From Spirochaetaceae bacterium (GTDB lineage: Bacteria > Spirochaetota > Spirochaetia > Treponematales > Breznakiellaceae), in assembly GCA_031280035.1 (NCBI GenBank), contig JAITHJ010000011.1, positions 1 to 59,385 on the forward strand: a stretch of DNA of 59,385 nt. Reading direction: 5' to 3'. A program made the position numbers and the translations under genes. This document shows, in pieces, positions 8,412-18,656 of this stretch (position 1 is the first letter of the stretch; every line of letters starts with the position of its first letter). The notes under the pieces were generated by a model. That model was not told the origin of the DNA. It was given only the letters and a program-made list of their open reading frames with translations, and did not search any database.

Positions 8412-10139
8412 ATGAGTAATTTTCAAAAGTTTACAATTTTTTGTTCATTTTACAAGCCGCATTTAGCGCTTTTTACCGCCGATATGACATGCGCGCTTAT
8501 GGTTGCTTTTATCGATTTAAGCTTTCCCATGTTTACAAAGTGGTCTATTGAGAATCTTTTGACAGAAGGTCTTTGGAAATTCTTTTTTATATTTATTACG
8601 GGGCTTTTATTGTTATATGTTTTCCGCGCTATGTTTGTTTATTTTATTACCTATTGGGGACATAGCTGCGGCGCATTCATCGAAGCTGATATAAGAAACA
8701 GCATTTTTAAACATATACAAACTCTGTCATTTTCCTTTTTTGATTCGCAGCGTACAGGACAATTGGTTGGCCGTGTAACTACGGATCTTTTTGATATTAC
8801 TGAACTTGCGCATCATGGTCCGGAGGATTTGTTTATAGCGGGGATTACACTGATCGGTTCGTTTATCTTGATCTATTCTTTCAGGCCGGAAATGGCTTTA
8901 ATACTTCTTTTTTTTATTCCATTGATTGTTTTACATATTATTGGAAGCCGCGCCGGATTATTAAAAACTGCACGTACCGTAAAACAAAAGACAGGAGAAA
9001 TTCTTTCAAGCATGGAATCTAGTATTTCAGGCTTTCGTGTTGCTGCAGCTTTTACCAATGAAGAATATGAGCATAAAAAATTCAATGATGGTAATGAAGA
9101 TTATAAAAAATCGCGTATAGTTTATTTTAAGTCAATGGCGCGTTTTTGCTGCCGGACTGAGTTTATGACAAATGTCATGAATGTAATCGTACTTGCCGCC
9201 GGCGGCGCTCTTATCATGAAAAATAAAATGACATTAACAGAACTGATTACGTGCAATCTTTTTATGGCGTCATTTTTACAGCCAATCCGGCGCCTTCAAA
9301 ATTTTGTAGAAAGTTACACTGTTGGCATAGCCGGTTTTACACGTTATCTGGAACTTATGAGTGTTAAACCTGATATAGCGGATAACAAGGATGCGGTAGA
9401 AATTGATCATATTAACGGCGTAATCGAATATAAAAATGTAAGCTTTTCATATAATAAAGGAAAGCGTGTGTTTGCCGGTATTAATATTTCCATACCCAAA
9501 GGAAGTACGCTTGCGTTGGTAGGTCCTTCTGGAGGCGGTAAAACAACTCTTGCCGCGCTTTTACCGCGCTTTTATGAAATTATTGATGGTACCATAACTA
9601 TTGACGGCGTAGATATAAGAAAAATAAAACTTAAGTCTCTTAGGGAAAAAATCGGCATGGTTTCACAGGATGTATTTCTTTTTGCAAGCACAATAGAAGA
9701 TAATATACGCTATGGAAAACCTGACGCGGCCGTTGAAGAAATTGTAGATGCTGCAAAAAAGGCTGAGATTCACAGAGATATTATGAAAATGCCGGATGGA
9801 TATAAAACTATAGTGGGTGAGCGCGGAGTGCGTCTTTCCGGCGGACAAAAACAGCGTATCGCTATTGCCAGAATATTTCTTAAGAATCCGCCGGTGCTTA
9901 TTTTGGATGAAGCTACGTCAGCATTGGACAGCGTAACGGAAATTCGTATACAAGCCGCGCTGGAAGAATTATCAAAAGGACGTACGACGCTAGTTATAGC
10001 GCACAGGCTTTCCACGATACGAAACGCCGAAAACATTATAGTAATTGATGAAAACGGCATCCGTGAACAGGGCGGTCATGATAGTCTTATTGCTGCAAAC
10101 GGAGTATACGCAGAACTTTACAAAGCGCAGAACGGCTAG
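8412..10139 (+). CDS. ABC exporter, fused permease/ATPase (MsbA/multidrug type)
   Basis: Six-TM N-terminal half, Walker A GPSGGGKTT, signature LSGGQKQR, Walker B LILDEATSALD. Confidence 0.9.
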   Translation: MSNFQKFTIFCSFYKPHLALFTADMTCALMVAFIDLSFPMFTKWSIENLLTEGLWKFFFIFITGLLLLYVFRAMFVYFITYWGHSCGAFIEADIRNSIFKHIQTLSFSFFDSQRTGQLVGRVTTDLFDITELAHHGPEDLFIAGITLIGSFILIYSFRPEMALILLFFIPLIVLHIIGSRAGLLKTARTVKQKTGEILSSMESSISGFRVAAAFTNEEYEHKKFNDGNEDYKKSRIVYFKSMARFCCRTEFMTNVMNVIVLAAGGALIMKNKMTLTELITCNLFMASFLQPIRRLQNFVESYTVGIAGFTRYLELMSVKPDIADNKDAVEIDHINGVIEYKNVSFSYNKGKRVFAGINISIPKGSTLALVGPSGGGKTTLAALLPRFYEIIDGTITIDGVDIRKIKLKSLREKIGMVSQDVFLFASTIEDNIRYGKPDAAVEEIVDAAKKAEIHRDIMKMPDGYKTIVGERGVRLSGGQKQRIAIARIFLKNPPVLILDEATSALDSVTEIRIQAALEELSKGRTTLVIAHRLSTIRNAENIIVIDENGIREQGGHDSLIAANGVYAELYKAQNG

Positions 10140-10714
10140 AGATCAGCCGGAACACTAAGTTTTGTCAGTATTACGGCAAGTTCGTGTATAGGTACATCCA
10201 TATTATTCTTCAGCCAGTGCTGTATAAGACCGATTGTACCGTTTACTTCAAAGACAGAATAATATTCCCTTGTTTTATCGGTTAGCGTCTTTTTATGAAA
10301 AAGCCTTTCAGCCTGTTTGTAATAACGGCGAAGCAGCCGTTTTTGAAAATTAACATCGCCATTTTCGCTTAATAATATCTGAATAAAGTTGTTGTTGTTA
10401 GCGATATATAAAAGCAGTTCTTCAATCATTTGGGTGATTTTTTGAATAATTTCGTAATTACTGTTTCTGTTGCTATATTTATTTAATATATCTTCAAAAT
10501 AAGCAAATGTTTCTTCCTGTGTTTTTTGCAGTAAATCATACTGGTTTTTGTAATACGTGTAAAAAGTTGAACGGCTTATATCGGCAAGCGTACATATATC
10601 CTTTATTGAAATATTTGTAATAGGCGTTGTTTTCATGATTTCTATAAGGCTATCCCGCAAAACTTTTTTTGTATAGGAAATTTTGCGGTTTGTTTTTATT
10701 GTAATGTTTTCCAT
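10136..10714 (-). CDS. TetR/AcrR-family transcriptional regulator
   Basis: N-terminal HTH ISIKDICTLADISRSTFYTYYKNQYDLL. Size and position fit: it is divergent from the MMPL operon. Confidence 0.85.
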   Translation of the reverse strand: MENITIKTNRKISYTKKVLRDSLIEIMKTTPITNISIKDICTLADISRSTFYTYYKNQYDLLQKTQEETFAYFEDILNKYSNRNSNYEIIQKITQMIEELLLYIANNNNFIQILLSENGDVNFQKRLLRRYYKQAERLFHKKTLTDKTREYYSVFEVNGTIGLIQHWLKNNMDVPIHELAVILTKLSVPADL

Positions 10715-10756
10715 AAAAGACGACCAATACTCCTACATTGTAATAAAAAATGCACA

Positions 10757-10789
10757 GTACTGAACAAAATACACAGTATTGTTCAGTAC
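10757..10789. promoter_or_regulatory. candidate TetR operator: 11-bp perfect inverted repeat GTACTGAACAA-N11-TTGTTCAGTAC
   Basis: Read directly in the tetR / MMPL divergent intergenic region. Confidence 0.55.
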
Positions 10790-10814
10790 AGAACATATTA
10801 AAATAAAATGTATA

Positions 10815-10843
10815 TTGAATTTAATTTTCAATGTATTCATAAT
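10815..10843 (+). promoter_or_regulatory. sigma70-like promoter for the MMPL operon (TTGAAT-17-CATAAT)
   Basis: Hexamers read directly, with a 17-nt spacer. They lie ~25 nt downstream of the palindrome. Confidence 0.4.
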
Positions 10844-10864
10844 CTATAATATAAAAAATATCAA

Positions 10865-13504
10865 GTGGAGGTTTTCAGGATATTTATGGAAAAGCTATTC
10901 AAGCATCCGTCTATCGTTGTAGGCTTTATTGCGGCAGTTACCGTGTTTTTTTCATTTCAACTTCAAAAGGTTGAGCTTGATAATAACAACTTTCGTTTCC
11001 TGCCTAAGAACGATCCTGCGCGTGTTGTATCTGATTATATTGAGGAAGAATTTGGTGGTTCGGTTTTGGTGCTTGTTGGTCTTGAACGCCCTTACGGAAC
11101 AGTTTTTGATGCCGAATTTCTTAAACGCACCGAAGATTATATCAATGCGGCAGAGTCGATAGAGTATGTTAAAAATATAAATTCTATTATGTCAACGCAG
11201 TACATTACCGGAAACAGTGACAGCATAATTGTTGATGATCTTGTTTCAAAAGATTTTTCGGGTACTCCTTCTGAAATTGAAGAACTAAAACAGCGGATAG
11301 CGTCATGGGATATTTTTAGAGGAGCTATAGTTTCTGAGGATCTTTCGGCTACTCAAATTCTTATTTCACTTGATATTCCTTCAGAAGACGCAGGAAATCC
11401 AAGGGTAAACGCAAGCCTTATAAAAATACGCGACAGCGCTAAAATAATGTTTAACGGCCTTGCCAATGTTTATGTTGCGGGTCTTCCGGTTGTAAGCAGT
11501 ACGATAAATGAATCGATGAATACGGATCTTAAAGTGCTTATACCGCTTGTTATACTTGTAGTATTGGCTATTCTTTTAATTTCGTTCAGAAGATTGAGTT
11601 TTGTTCTTTTGCCGTTAATTACCGTAATTGTTGTTGTTATCTGGACGATAGGCGCTATGCCGTTTTTTGGCATACGGCTTTCAATTCTTTCCACTGTTTT
11701 GCCGGTAATACTGGTTGCGGTTGGAAGCGCATACGGCATTCATATTGTAACTCATTATATGCATGATGTAAAAGGCGCCGTTTTGACAGTTGAAGAACAC
11801 CGGACGATTGTATTTGCGCTTCTGCGAAAGATTATAAAACCGGTTTTTCTTGCGGCGCTTACAACGTTTTCCGGTTTTGTATCATTTTGTTTTACGCCGA
11901 TTGTTCCAATGCGTGAGTTTGGGGTTTTTTCGAGTCTTGGCGTAATCATATCATTTATTGTAGCGGTAACTTTAATTCCTTCTTTAATTTTGATGCGCGG
12001 TCCTCGTTCCATTCCAAAAACGCTCAGAACGAACATTGCAGAGCGGAGAGATAAAATAAGTATCTTTATAACTAATTTATTCTACGCTATATCGCAAAGG
12101 AATATTTTGGTGTTTGCTTTTATGCTGGTTGTTGCAGCAGTTTCAGTATATGGTCTTTCAAAAATAGTCGTTGATAATGTGTTATTAGAATTTTTTCAAA
12201 ACAATACCGATATAAGCCGGTCTGACCGCTTTATTCGTGAATATTTTGGAGGTTCAAAAGAATTAGTTCTTGTTGTCCAAGCCGATACAACAGAAGAACT
12301 GCTTAATCCGGCTGTGTTGAGCGCTGTAGACGGCCTTTCAACATATCTTACCAGCCGTATTCCTGAAGTAGGTAAAGTAGTTGGTTTTACAGACGTTATA
12401 AAACGTATAAATCAGGTTTTTAATGTTGATGAAAGTCCTGATGGCCTGCGTCCTGTTGTACAAAACACTGCTGTAAGTGACGACGGTTTTGGCTTTGGTT
12501 TTGACAGTGTTGACGACAGCAGTTCATATTCTACAGTTGCCGAACCGGAAAATATTCCGGATAAAGCAGGTTTAGATCAGTATACCGCCGCCGATATTAT
12601 TAAGCTGCTTGATATTGCTGCAAGTAAGCGTGAAAAAATGTACGGCAATGATCTTGTCCGGGAACTTGAGCGCCTTACAAACTATAATGGTTTTGCATAT
12701 TATGAAATACCTGCCGACCCTGAACGTTATGGTAAAAAAAGTGCGGAAGAACTTCAGGCGCTCGTTTCAAATTATCTTGTACTGCTTGCCGGAGACAGTA
12801 ATCTGGAATATTCAAATGATCCGCTTGAGCCTACGGCCATTAAAACGTTAATACAGCTTCGTACAACAGGACAGAAAGATACGCAAAGCATAATTGATAT
12901 TATAAATGCGTATATAAGTTCGAATTTTCCAAAAAATGTCAAAGTGGTGATAGGCGGCGGCGCAACTATAGAAGGCGCAATCAGCAGTTTGGTAGTAAAC
13001 TCGCAAATTGTGTCGATTATTATTTCTGTGATTATGGTATTTATTATAATTGCGCTGTCTAACCGCTCGTTTGTAGCGGGTATTATAGCAGCTGCGCCGC
13101 TTACGCTGGTCATGCTGTGTAATTTTTCCGTTATGGGTTTTCTTAAAATAAAATTAAATGTTGGTACGGCGCTGATTTCCAGTCTTGCTGTCGGCATCGG
13201 CATTGATTATACAATTCACTTTATTGAATTCTTTAAGCGCGAATATAATGAGGGAGGCGGCGATTTTCTCCGTAGGACTTTCATGAACTGCGGAAAGTCA
13301 ATAATGATCAACGCAATATCTGTCGGCGCAGGCTTTGGCGTTTTAGCCGCATCGCGTTTTAGAATTCTTGCTGAGCTTGGTTTGCTTGTATCACTTAGTA
13401 TGCTGATAACAGCAGTTATAAGCCTCACATTGATTCCGGCAATGCTTATAACATTTAAGCCGAAATTTATTTACAATAAGAAATTACAGGAGGAAGTAAA
13501 ATGA
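10865..13504 (+). CDS. MMPL/RND-superfamily membrane transporter
   Basis: Two 6-TM bundles, each preceded by a large soluble loop. It has SSD-like repeats (GSAYGIHIV / GIGIDYTIHF). The start may instead be the ATG at 10886. Confidence 0.85.
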   Translation: MEVFRIFMEKLFKHPSIVVGFIAAVTVFFSFQLQKVELDNNNFRFLPKNDPARVVSDYIEEEFGGSVLVLVGLERPYGTVFDAEFLKRTEDYINAAESIEYVKNINSIMSTQYITGNSDSIIVDDLVSKDFSGTPSEIEELKQRIASWDIFRGAIVSEDLSATQILISLDIPSEDAGNPRVNASLIKIRDSAKIMFNGLANVYVAGLPVVSSTINESMNTDLKVLIPLVILVVLAILLISFRRLSFVLLPLITVIVVVIWTIGAMPFFGIRLSILSTVLPVILVAVGSAYGIHIVTHYMHDVKGAVLTVEEHRTIVFALLRKIIKPVFLAALTTFSGFVSFCFTPIVPMREFGVFSSLGVIISFIVAVTLIPSLILMRGPRSIPKTLRTNIAERRDKISIFITNLFYAISQRNILVFAFMLVVAAVSVYGLSKIVVDNVLLEFFQNNTDISRSDRFIREYFGGSKELVLVVQADTTEELLNPAVLSAVDGLSTYLTSRIPEVGKVVGFTDVIKRINQVFNVDESPDGLRPVVQNTAVSDDGFGFGFDSVDDSSSYSTVAEPENIPDKAGLDQYTAADIIKLLDIAASKREKMYGNDLVRELERLTNYNGFAYYEIPADPERYGKKSAEELQALVSNYLVLLAGDSNLEYSNDPLEPTAIKTLIQLRTTGQKDTQSIIDIINAYISSNFPKNVKVVIGGGATIEGAISSLVVNSQIVSIIISVIMVFIIIALSNRSFVAGIIAAAPLTLVMLCNFSVMGFLKIKLNVGTALISSLAVGIGIDYTIHFIEFFKREYNEGGGDFLRRTFMNCGKSIMINAISVGAGFGVLAASRFRILAELGLLVSLSMLITAVISLTLIPAMLITFKPKFIYNKKLQEEVK

Positions 13505-14280
13505 AATATAATAAAATTGTTGTATTTGTTGTGTTGTGTTATTTAGCAGGTTCTTTTGCGAATGCGCAGGATGCCGCTTCTATTATGGATACGGCAAGAA
13601 ATCGCATTAAGAAAGAAACTCTTTCTTCACGCTCGCGTATGGTAATTACAGCGAAGGATGGTTCAACATCAGAAAGGCTTATTGATCAATACTCAAAAGA
13701 CGGGCCAAATGGAGCGCGTATAATTATTGTGTTTCAAAAGCCGGCAAATGTTGCGGGCACGCGTTTTTTGACAATGGACAATAAAACGGGCGGATCTGAC
13801 CGCTGGATATTCTTGCCGAGCCTTGGTAAAGTCCGCCGTATTGCCGCGTCTGAAAGCGGAGGCAGTTTTATGGGAACTGACTTTTCTTATGATGACATAT
13901 CATTGAGTGACAGAGAAGCAAACCTTGATACTCATACAATGCTGAGGGAAGAAACATTAAACGGCGCCGCATGTTATGTAATTCAGTCCATTCCAAAAGA
14001 TACCTCTTATCAATATTCAAAAATTATTACATGGATCGATAAGAATAAAAGTTTCATATATAAGAGCGAATTATATGATAAGCGGGGTACATTGGTAAAA
14101 GTGATGGAGATGTCCGGATTTAAGGATATTCAAGGCAGACAAACGCCGTCGCAAATAAAAATATCAACAGTTAATACAGGGACTTATACAACTATTTATA
14201 TAGAGATCACTAAATATGATGATCCAATACCTGAATCTGTTTTTACTACAGCGTATCTTGAAACCGGGAGATCAAAATGA
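13501..14280 (+). CDS. outer-membrane lipoprotein-sorting (LolA-like fold) protein
   Basis: Signal peptide. The motifs WIFLPSLGKVRRIA....SFMGTDFSYDDI match the LolA-like/DUF1329-type family pattern. Start overlaps the MMPL stop (ATGA). Confidence 0.8.
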   Translation: MKYNKIVVFVVLCYLAGSFANAQDAASIMDTARNRIKKETLSSRSRMVITAKDGSTSERLIDQYSKDGPNGARIIIVFQKPANVAGTRFLTMDNKTGGSDRWIFLPSLGKVRRIAASESGGSFMGTDFSYDDISLSDREANLDTHTMLREETLNGAACYVIQSIPKDTSYQYSKIITWIDKNKSFIYKSELYDKRGTLVKVMEMSGFKDIQGRQTPSQIKISTVNTGTYTTIYIEITKYDDPIPESVFTTAYLETGRSK

Positions 14281-15596
14281 GAATACGTATTTCTATTCTG
14301 TTGTTGCTGATGACAGTACGTCTTGCTGCACAGGATTTTGGATTTGGTGATGAAGCTGCTGCAGCAATTCCAGATAACGGGCAGTCCGTTTCGGTAAGCG
14401 GTGAAGCGTCAGCTTCATTTACAGGATATACCGATGATTTTTTGGAGAATATTTCTGAAGTAAAATCCGGCGATCTATTTTCCGGTAAAATTAATTTTAG
14501 CGCGAAGAATTCATTTGCCGAGTCGCTTATCAGTCTTAAATTATCGACAATTCAATCACAGGCCGTTGTGCCTGCTTCCGCTTTTCCTGTTGCGTTTGAC
14601 GAAGCGTTTGTCCGTATGTATATTGGCGGGGCTGAAGTCGAGGCCGGATTGCGTAAGCTTACATGGGGAAAGGCGGACAGTTTTGGACCGCTTGATATAA
14701 CAAATCCTTATGATTATACAGAGCTTACCAATCTAAGGAATCTGCTGGAAATGAAAATCGCTAGACCGCTTGTTCATCTAACGTATCGTTTGGGAGAATT
14801 CTCAAAAATTGAAGGTCTTTTTATTCCGTATTTTGAAGGCAGCCGTTTTGATACAAGCGGACGCTGGAAACCATCACAAATGGATTTTTCACAGTCTCCT
14901 ATCCCCATCTCTATTATTTTTGCGGATACTTCAACTCTTGCATACGCTCAGGAAGGGCTGCGTTTGACAGCAACGGTAGGATCGTCTGATATTGGCATAC
15001 AATACTACCATGGCAGAATTAACAAGCCGGCGTATAAAATAACGCTGGCTTCTCCTCCGTCAGTTGAAATTTTATATAACGAGTATAATCAGATTGGAAT
15101 TGACTGGGCGCGTGTAATTGCCGGTTTTAATATCCGGGCGGAAACCGCCGCAAATATTACAAGTGATTTCAAAGGTGATGATGGTTCTGTTTATAATCCG
15201 TCAATAGCGTGGTCGCTTGGGTTTGATCGTGATATTTTTTGGAGCGTTAATCTGAATATTCAAGCAAATGAAAGTATTAGACTGATGAATAATAAGACGG
15301 GCAGTGCCGATATTATGGCTTCCGATTTTGATATCGAGGGAGGCAAGGATGCAACATACACCCGAATTACGGCAGCTCTTTCAAAAAAATTTTTTCGTGA
15401 TGAGCTTGAACTGCGCACCGCTGTTCTTTGGGACATAGAAGATAATGACTTTTTTATAGTACCGGCGGTTGTCTGGACAAAAGATTCGGCAAGCGTAGAA
15501 TGTTCAGGAGGCATTTTTGGAGGCGATGATAAAGGAGAACTCGGCCAGTATTATAAAAATTGCTTTGCCAAAATCATTCTAAAGTATCTATTCTAA
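14277..15596 (+). CDS. putative outer-membrane beta-barrel protein (DUF1302-like)
   Basis: Signal peptide. It has a GLRKLTWGKADSFGPLDITNPYD motif, alternating beta-strand periodicity and a C-terminal aromatic residue (..KYLF). Start overlaps the upstream stop. Confidence 0.6.
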   Translation: MRIRISILLLLMTVRLAAQDFGFGDEAAAAIPDNGQSVSVSGEASASFTGYTDDFLENISEVKSGDLFSGKINFSAKNSFAESLISLKLSTIQSQAVVPASAFPVAFDEAFVRMYIGGAEVEAGLRKLTWGKADSFGPLDITNPYDYTELTNLRNLLEMKIARPLVHLTYRLGEFSKIEGLFIPYFEGSRFDTSGRWKPSQMDFSQSPIPISIIFADTSTLAYAQEGLRLTATVGSSDIGIQYYHGRINKPAYKITLASPPSVEILYNEYNQIGIDWARVIAGFNIRAETAANITSDFKGDDGSVYNPSIAWSLGFDRDIFWSVNLNIQANESIRLMNNKTGSADIMASDFDIEGGKDATYTRITAALSKKFFRDELELRTAVLWDIEDNDFFIVPAVVWTKDSASVECSGGIFGGDDKGELGQYYKNCFAKIILKYLF

Positions 15597-15656
15597 TTTT
15601 TATTTGTACGGCATTTACTATTCGCCGGTGGTTATATCAATTCGTATTTGACTTTA

Positions 15657-15689
15657 CTGCCCTGCAGATTATTGCAGGACAGTTTTATT
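15657..15689 (+). terminator. rho-independent terminator after the MMPL operon
   Basis: Stem CTGCCCTGCA / TGCAGGACAG (one mismatch), loop GATTAT, followed by TTTTATT. Confidence 0.6.
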
Positions 15690-15730
15690 GGTTGTATCTG
15701 GTTTAATACCCCGCGGTTCTGCCGTGCGGT
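15683..15730 (+). repeat. copy A of a ~48-nt dispersed intergenic element (TTTTATTGGYTGTATCTGGTTTAATACCCCRCGG...GCCG)
   Basis: About 43/48 identical to 18657-18704 by hand alignment. Confidence 0.8.
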
Positions 15731-15782
15731 TTATTGATAATCTATTGACAAAAATAGTTCTCCGCTGTAGTTTGAAACGGTA

Positions 15783-16952
15783 ATGTTTAAAATTCTTACA
15801 TTAAATAAAATATCAGCGGAAGGAATGGCGCTCTTTGACAGCGAAAATTACGAAGCTAAAAATAATATTGAAAATCCCGATGCTGTTCTTGTACGCAGCA
15901 CGGATATGTACGGCATGGAAATTCCAAGCAGCGTTCTTGCTATAGCGCGGGCAGGAGCGGGTTATAACAACATTCCAGTAGAAAAATGCAGTGAACGCGG
16001 TATTGTGGTTTTTAATACACCGGGCGCAAACGCAAATGCCGTTAAAGAACTGGTTCTTGCCGTGTTATTTCTTTCGTCAAGAAAAATATTTGAGGGCGTG
16101 GAATGGATGAAAAGTCTTTCCGGCAGCAAGCAAGAACTTGCAGATATTGTTGAAGCGAATAAATATCTATTTAGTGGTCCGGAAATTCATGGTAAAACTC
16201 TAGGCGTTGCCGGACTTGGCGCCATTGGCGCGGCTGTTGCGAATGATGCATTGGCGCTTGGTATGGAAGTAATTGGATACGATCCGTATATTTCAATTGA
16301 TGCGGCTTGGAAACTTTCCCGTTCGGTTTGCCGCGCCGATTCTCTTGAACAGCTGCTTGCAAAGTCAGACTATATTACAATACATATCCCATTTAGCGGC
16401 GACACAAAAGGTTTTTTGAATGTTAATAATATACCTTTTATAAAAAAAGGCGCGCGGCTTATCAATATGGCGCGCGGCGGGCTTATTGATGACTGCGCCA
16501 TTATGACTGCGCTGGATTCAGGTGCTCTTTCGTATTATGCTACTGATTTTCCGTCGTCGAATCTTATCGCGCATAAAAATGTACTGTGTATTCCTCATTT
16601 AGGTGCGTCTACGCCTGAGGCTGAAATAAATTGTGCAAAAATGGCAGTGACGCAGTTAAAAAATTTTCTTGAGACTGGCGCGATAAAAAATTCGGTAAAC
16701 TTTCCTGATTGCCATCTTATAGGCAATGAGTGCAACCGGCTTTTGGTTGCAAATAGAAATATTCCTAACATGGTAGGACAGATTACAAGCACACTAGCTG
16801 GTGAAAATATTAATATTACTGATCTTATTAATCACCATAAAGGAAATTACGCTTATAATATTATTGATACTGAGCAGCCTATTTCTAATAATGTACTTGA
16901 AAGGCTAAAAAAAATAGAAGGAGTTGTCCGTGTACGGACGATGCAAAAATGA
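15783..16952 (+). CDS. serA: D-3-phosphoglycerate dehydrogenase (with C-terminal ACT domain)
   Basis: NAD-binding motif GVAGLGAIGAAVA, a 2-hydroxyacid dehydrogenase core (NMARGGLID, HLGAST) and an ACT-like tail. Confidence 0.88.
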   Translation: MFKILTLNKISAEGMALFDSENYEAKNNIENPDAVLVRSTDMYGMEIPSSVLAIARAGAGYNNIPVEKCSERGIVVFNTPGANANAVKELVLAVLFLSSRKIFEGVEWMKSLSGSKQELADIVEANKYLFSGPEIHGKTLGVAGLGAIGAAVANDALALGMEVIGYDPYISIDAAWKLSRSVCRADSLEQLLAKSDYITIHIPFSGDTKGFLNVNNIPFIKKGARLINMARGGLIDDCAIMTALDSGALSYYATDFPSSNLIAHKNVLCIPHLGASTPEAEINCAKMAVTQLKNFLETGAIKNSVNFPDCHLIGNECNRLLVANRNIPNMVGQITSTLAGENINITDLINHHKGNYAYNIIDTEQPISNNVLERLKKIEGVVRVRTMQK

Positions 16953-17323
16953 GTAAGCACTATCTTTCAACAACAGAATTGGCGCGGTTTGCGACAAACG
17001 CGATTTTTGGAATAAGCGGATGCGTTATTTTTGCAGCCGCAAAATTTTTTATAAATGTGCTGATTGGGCCGGTGGGTATGGTGATAGGAGGCATTGCTGC
17101 GATTTTAGGCCTAACCGGACTTTTTTCAGCGGATAAAAACGATAGACGGGACGGACTTACCGTATTTGTTACCGGAGCGCTTTTTGTTATCATAGCAGCA
17201 GAGCTTGGTCCGGTAAGATTTTTTGCCGGATACCTGCTGTCCGCTGGCGCTTTTATGTCGTTTGCTTTTGGGGTTTGGAATGGAATTCGTTTTTTGATTG
17301 GATTTAAAAGACGCTCTTCATAG
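16949..17323 (+). CDS. small polytopic membrane protein, unknown function
   Basis: Three or four hydrophobic helices. It is translationally coupled on both sides (overlapping stop/start). Confidence 0.55.
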   Translation: MSKHYLSTTELARFATNAIFGISGCVIFAAAKFFINVLIGPVGMVIGGIAAILGLTGLFSADKNDRRDGLTVFVTGALFVIIAAELGPVRFFAGYLLSAGAFMSFAFGVWNGIRFLIGFKRRSS

Positions 17324-18651
17324 TGAAATATTTTTTTGAGACGTACGGCTGCCAGATGAATACGGCGGAATCTGACACATTGCGCCGTATGCTTGATGAG
17401 AAAAACTGGCAGGCGTCAGACAGCGCCGGAGATGCTGTTCTTATTATCATTAATACTTGTTCGGTTCGTGAAACTGCTGAACAGCGCGTATTCGGACGTC
17501 TCGCGCATTATGCTGCGCTTAAAAAGAAACGCCGGTTTTATCTGCTTGTAACAGGATGTATGGCGGCGCGGCTCGGAAATATTCTTTTGGAAAAAGGCGC
17601 TGATTTTGTTCTGCCGCCTGAATCAAAAGACAAATTCGACAGTATTATAAACACGCTAAACATGCCGCAGTTTTTTACTGCGGATAAAACAGTCTGCGAA
17701 AGGCGAATAACTCATGATAGTGTTGTTAATGGCGGTGTAGTGCGGCGTAATTTCCGTGCGTTACTGCCAATAATGCAGGGATGTGATAATTTTTGTTCTT
17801 ATTGTATAGTACCGTATGTTCGCGGACGGGAGCGGTCATGCTCACCATCGGAAATTCTGAATGAGCTTACAGCGCTTGCCGCTGCCGGCGTGTGTGAAGT
17901 AACCCTGCTTGGACAAAATGTAAACTCATACCGGTATACTGAAAACGGAAGCAGCGTTATGTTTCCCGAACTGCTTGAACTTGTCGCGCGTCTGTCGGTG
18001 AATGCGGGAATTCGGCGTGTGCGGTTTCTTTCAAGCCACCCAAAGGATTTTACTCCGGAGATAATCGAGACATTAAGCCGTAATCTTGTTTTTTGCCGGC
18101 ATATACATCTTTGCGTTCAGCATGGTTCAAACCGCATGCTTGAGCTGATGAACCGCCGCTATACGCGGGAAACTTATTTTGATCTTATATATGCAATTCG
18201 AAAAATGATGCCGGGCGTAACATTTTCAACAGATATTCTTGTGGGTTTTCCCGGTGAAACCGAAGAAGATTTTGAGCAGATACTCAGTTTAATGGAAGAA
18301 GTTAGATTTCTTTACGCTTATATGTATCATTATAATCCAAGAGAAGGTACGGCTGCTTATAACTTGTCTGGCAGAATAAGCGAAAGTATAAAACGGGCGC
18401 GGCTTGCCAAAGTTATTGAACTGCAAAAACATCATACTAAAGAATATTTGCTTTCACGGCTTGGCAGTGAAGAGGAAGTGCTTGTTGAAGGAATCAGCCG
18501 TAAGAACAAGTCGGAACTGCTTGGCCGGACGGAGAAAGATGAAATGGCCGTTATTTCAGGAGATAGTTCTTTGATAGGTTCGTTTATTAAAGTCCGGCTG
18601 CTTGAGCTGCGCGGGAATACGCTTTGGGGTGAATATTTGAACAAAATATAA
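17323..18651 (+). CDS. miaB: tRNA-i6A37 methylthiotransferase MiaB (radical SAM)
   Basis: UPF0004 N-domain (FFETYGCQMN), radical SAM motif CDNFCSYCIVP, C-terminal TRAM domain. GTG start. Confidence 0.9.
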   Translation: MKYFFETYGCQMNTAESDTLRRMLDEKNWQASDSAGDAVLIIINTCSVRETAEQRVFGRLAHYAALKKKRRFYLLVTGCMAARLGNILLEKGADFVLPPESKDKFDSIINTLNMPQFFTADKTVCERRITHDSVVNGGVVRRNFRALLPIMQGCDNFCSYCIVPYVRGRERSCSPSEILNELTALAAAGVCEVTLLGQNVNSYRYTENGSSVMFPELLELVARLSVNAGIRRVRFLSSHPKDFTPEIIETLSRNLVFCRHIHLCVQHGSNRMLELMNRRYTRETYFDLIYAIRKMMPGVTFSTDILVGFPGETEEDFEQILSLMEEVRFLYAYMYHYNPREGTAAYNLSGRISESIKRARLAKVIELQKHHTKEYLLSRLGSEEEVLVEGISRKNKSELLGRTEKDEMAVISGDSSLIGSFIKVRLLELRGNTLWGEYLNKI

Positions 18652-18656
18652 TCGTG

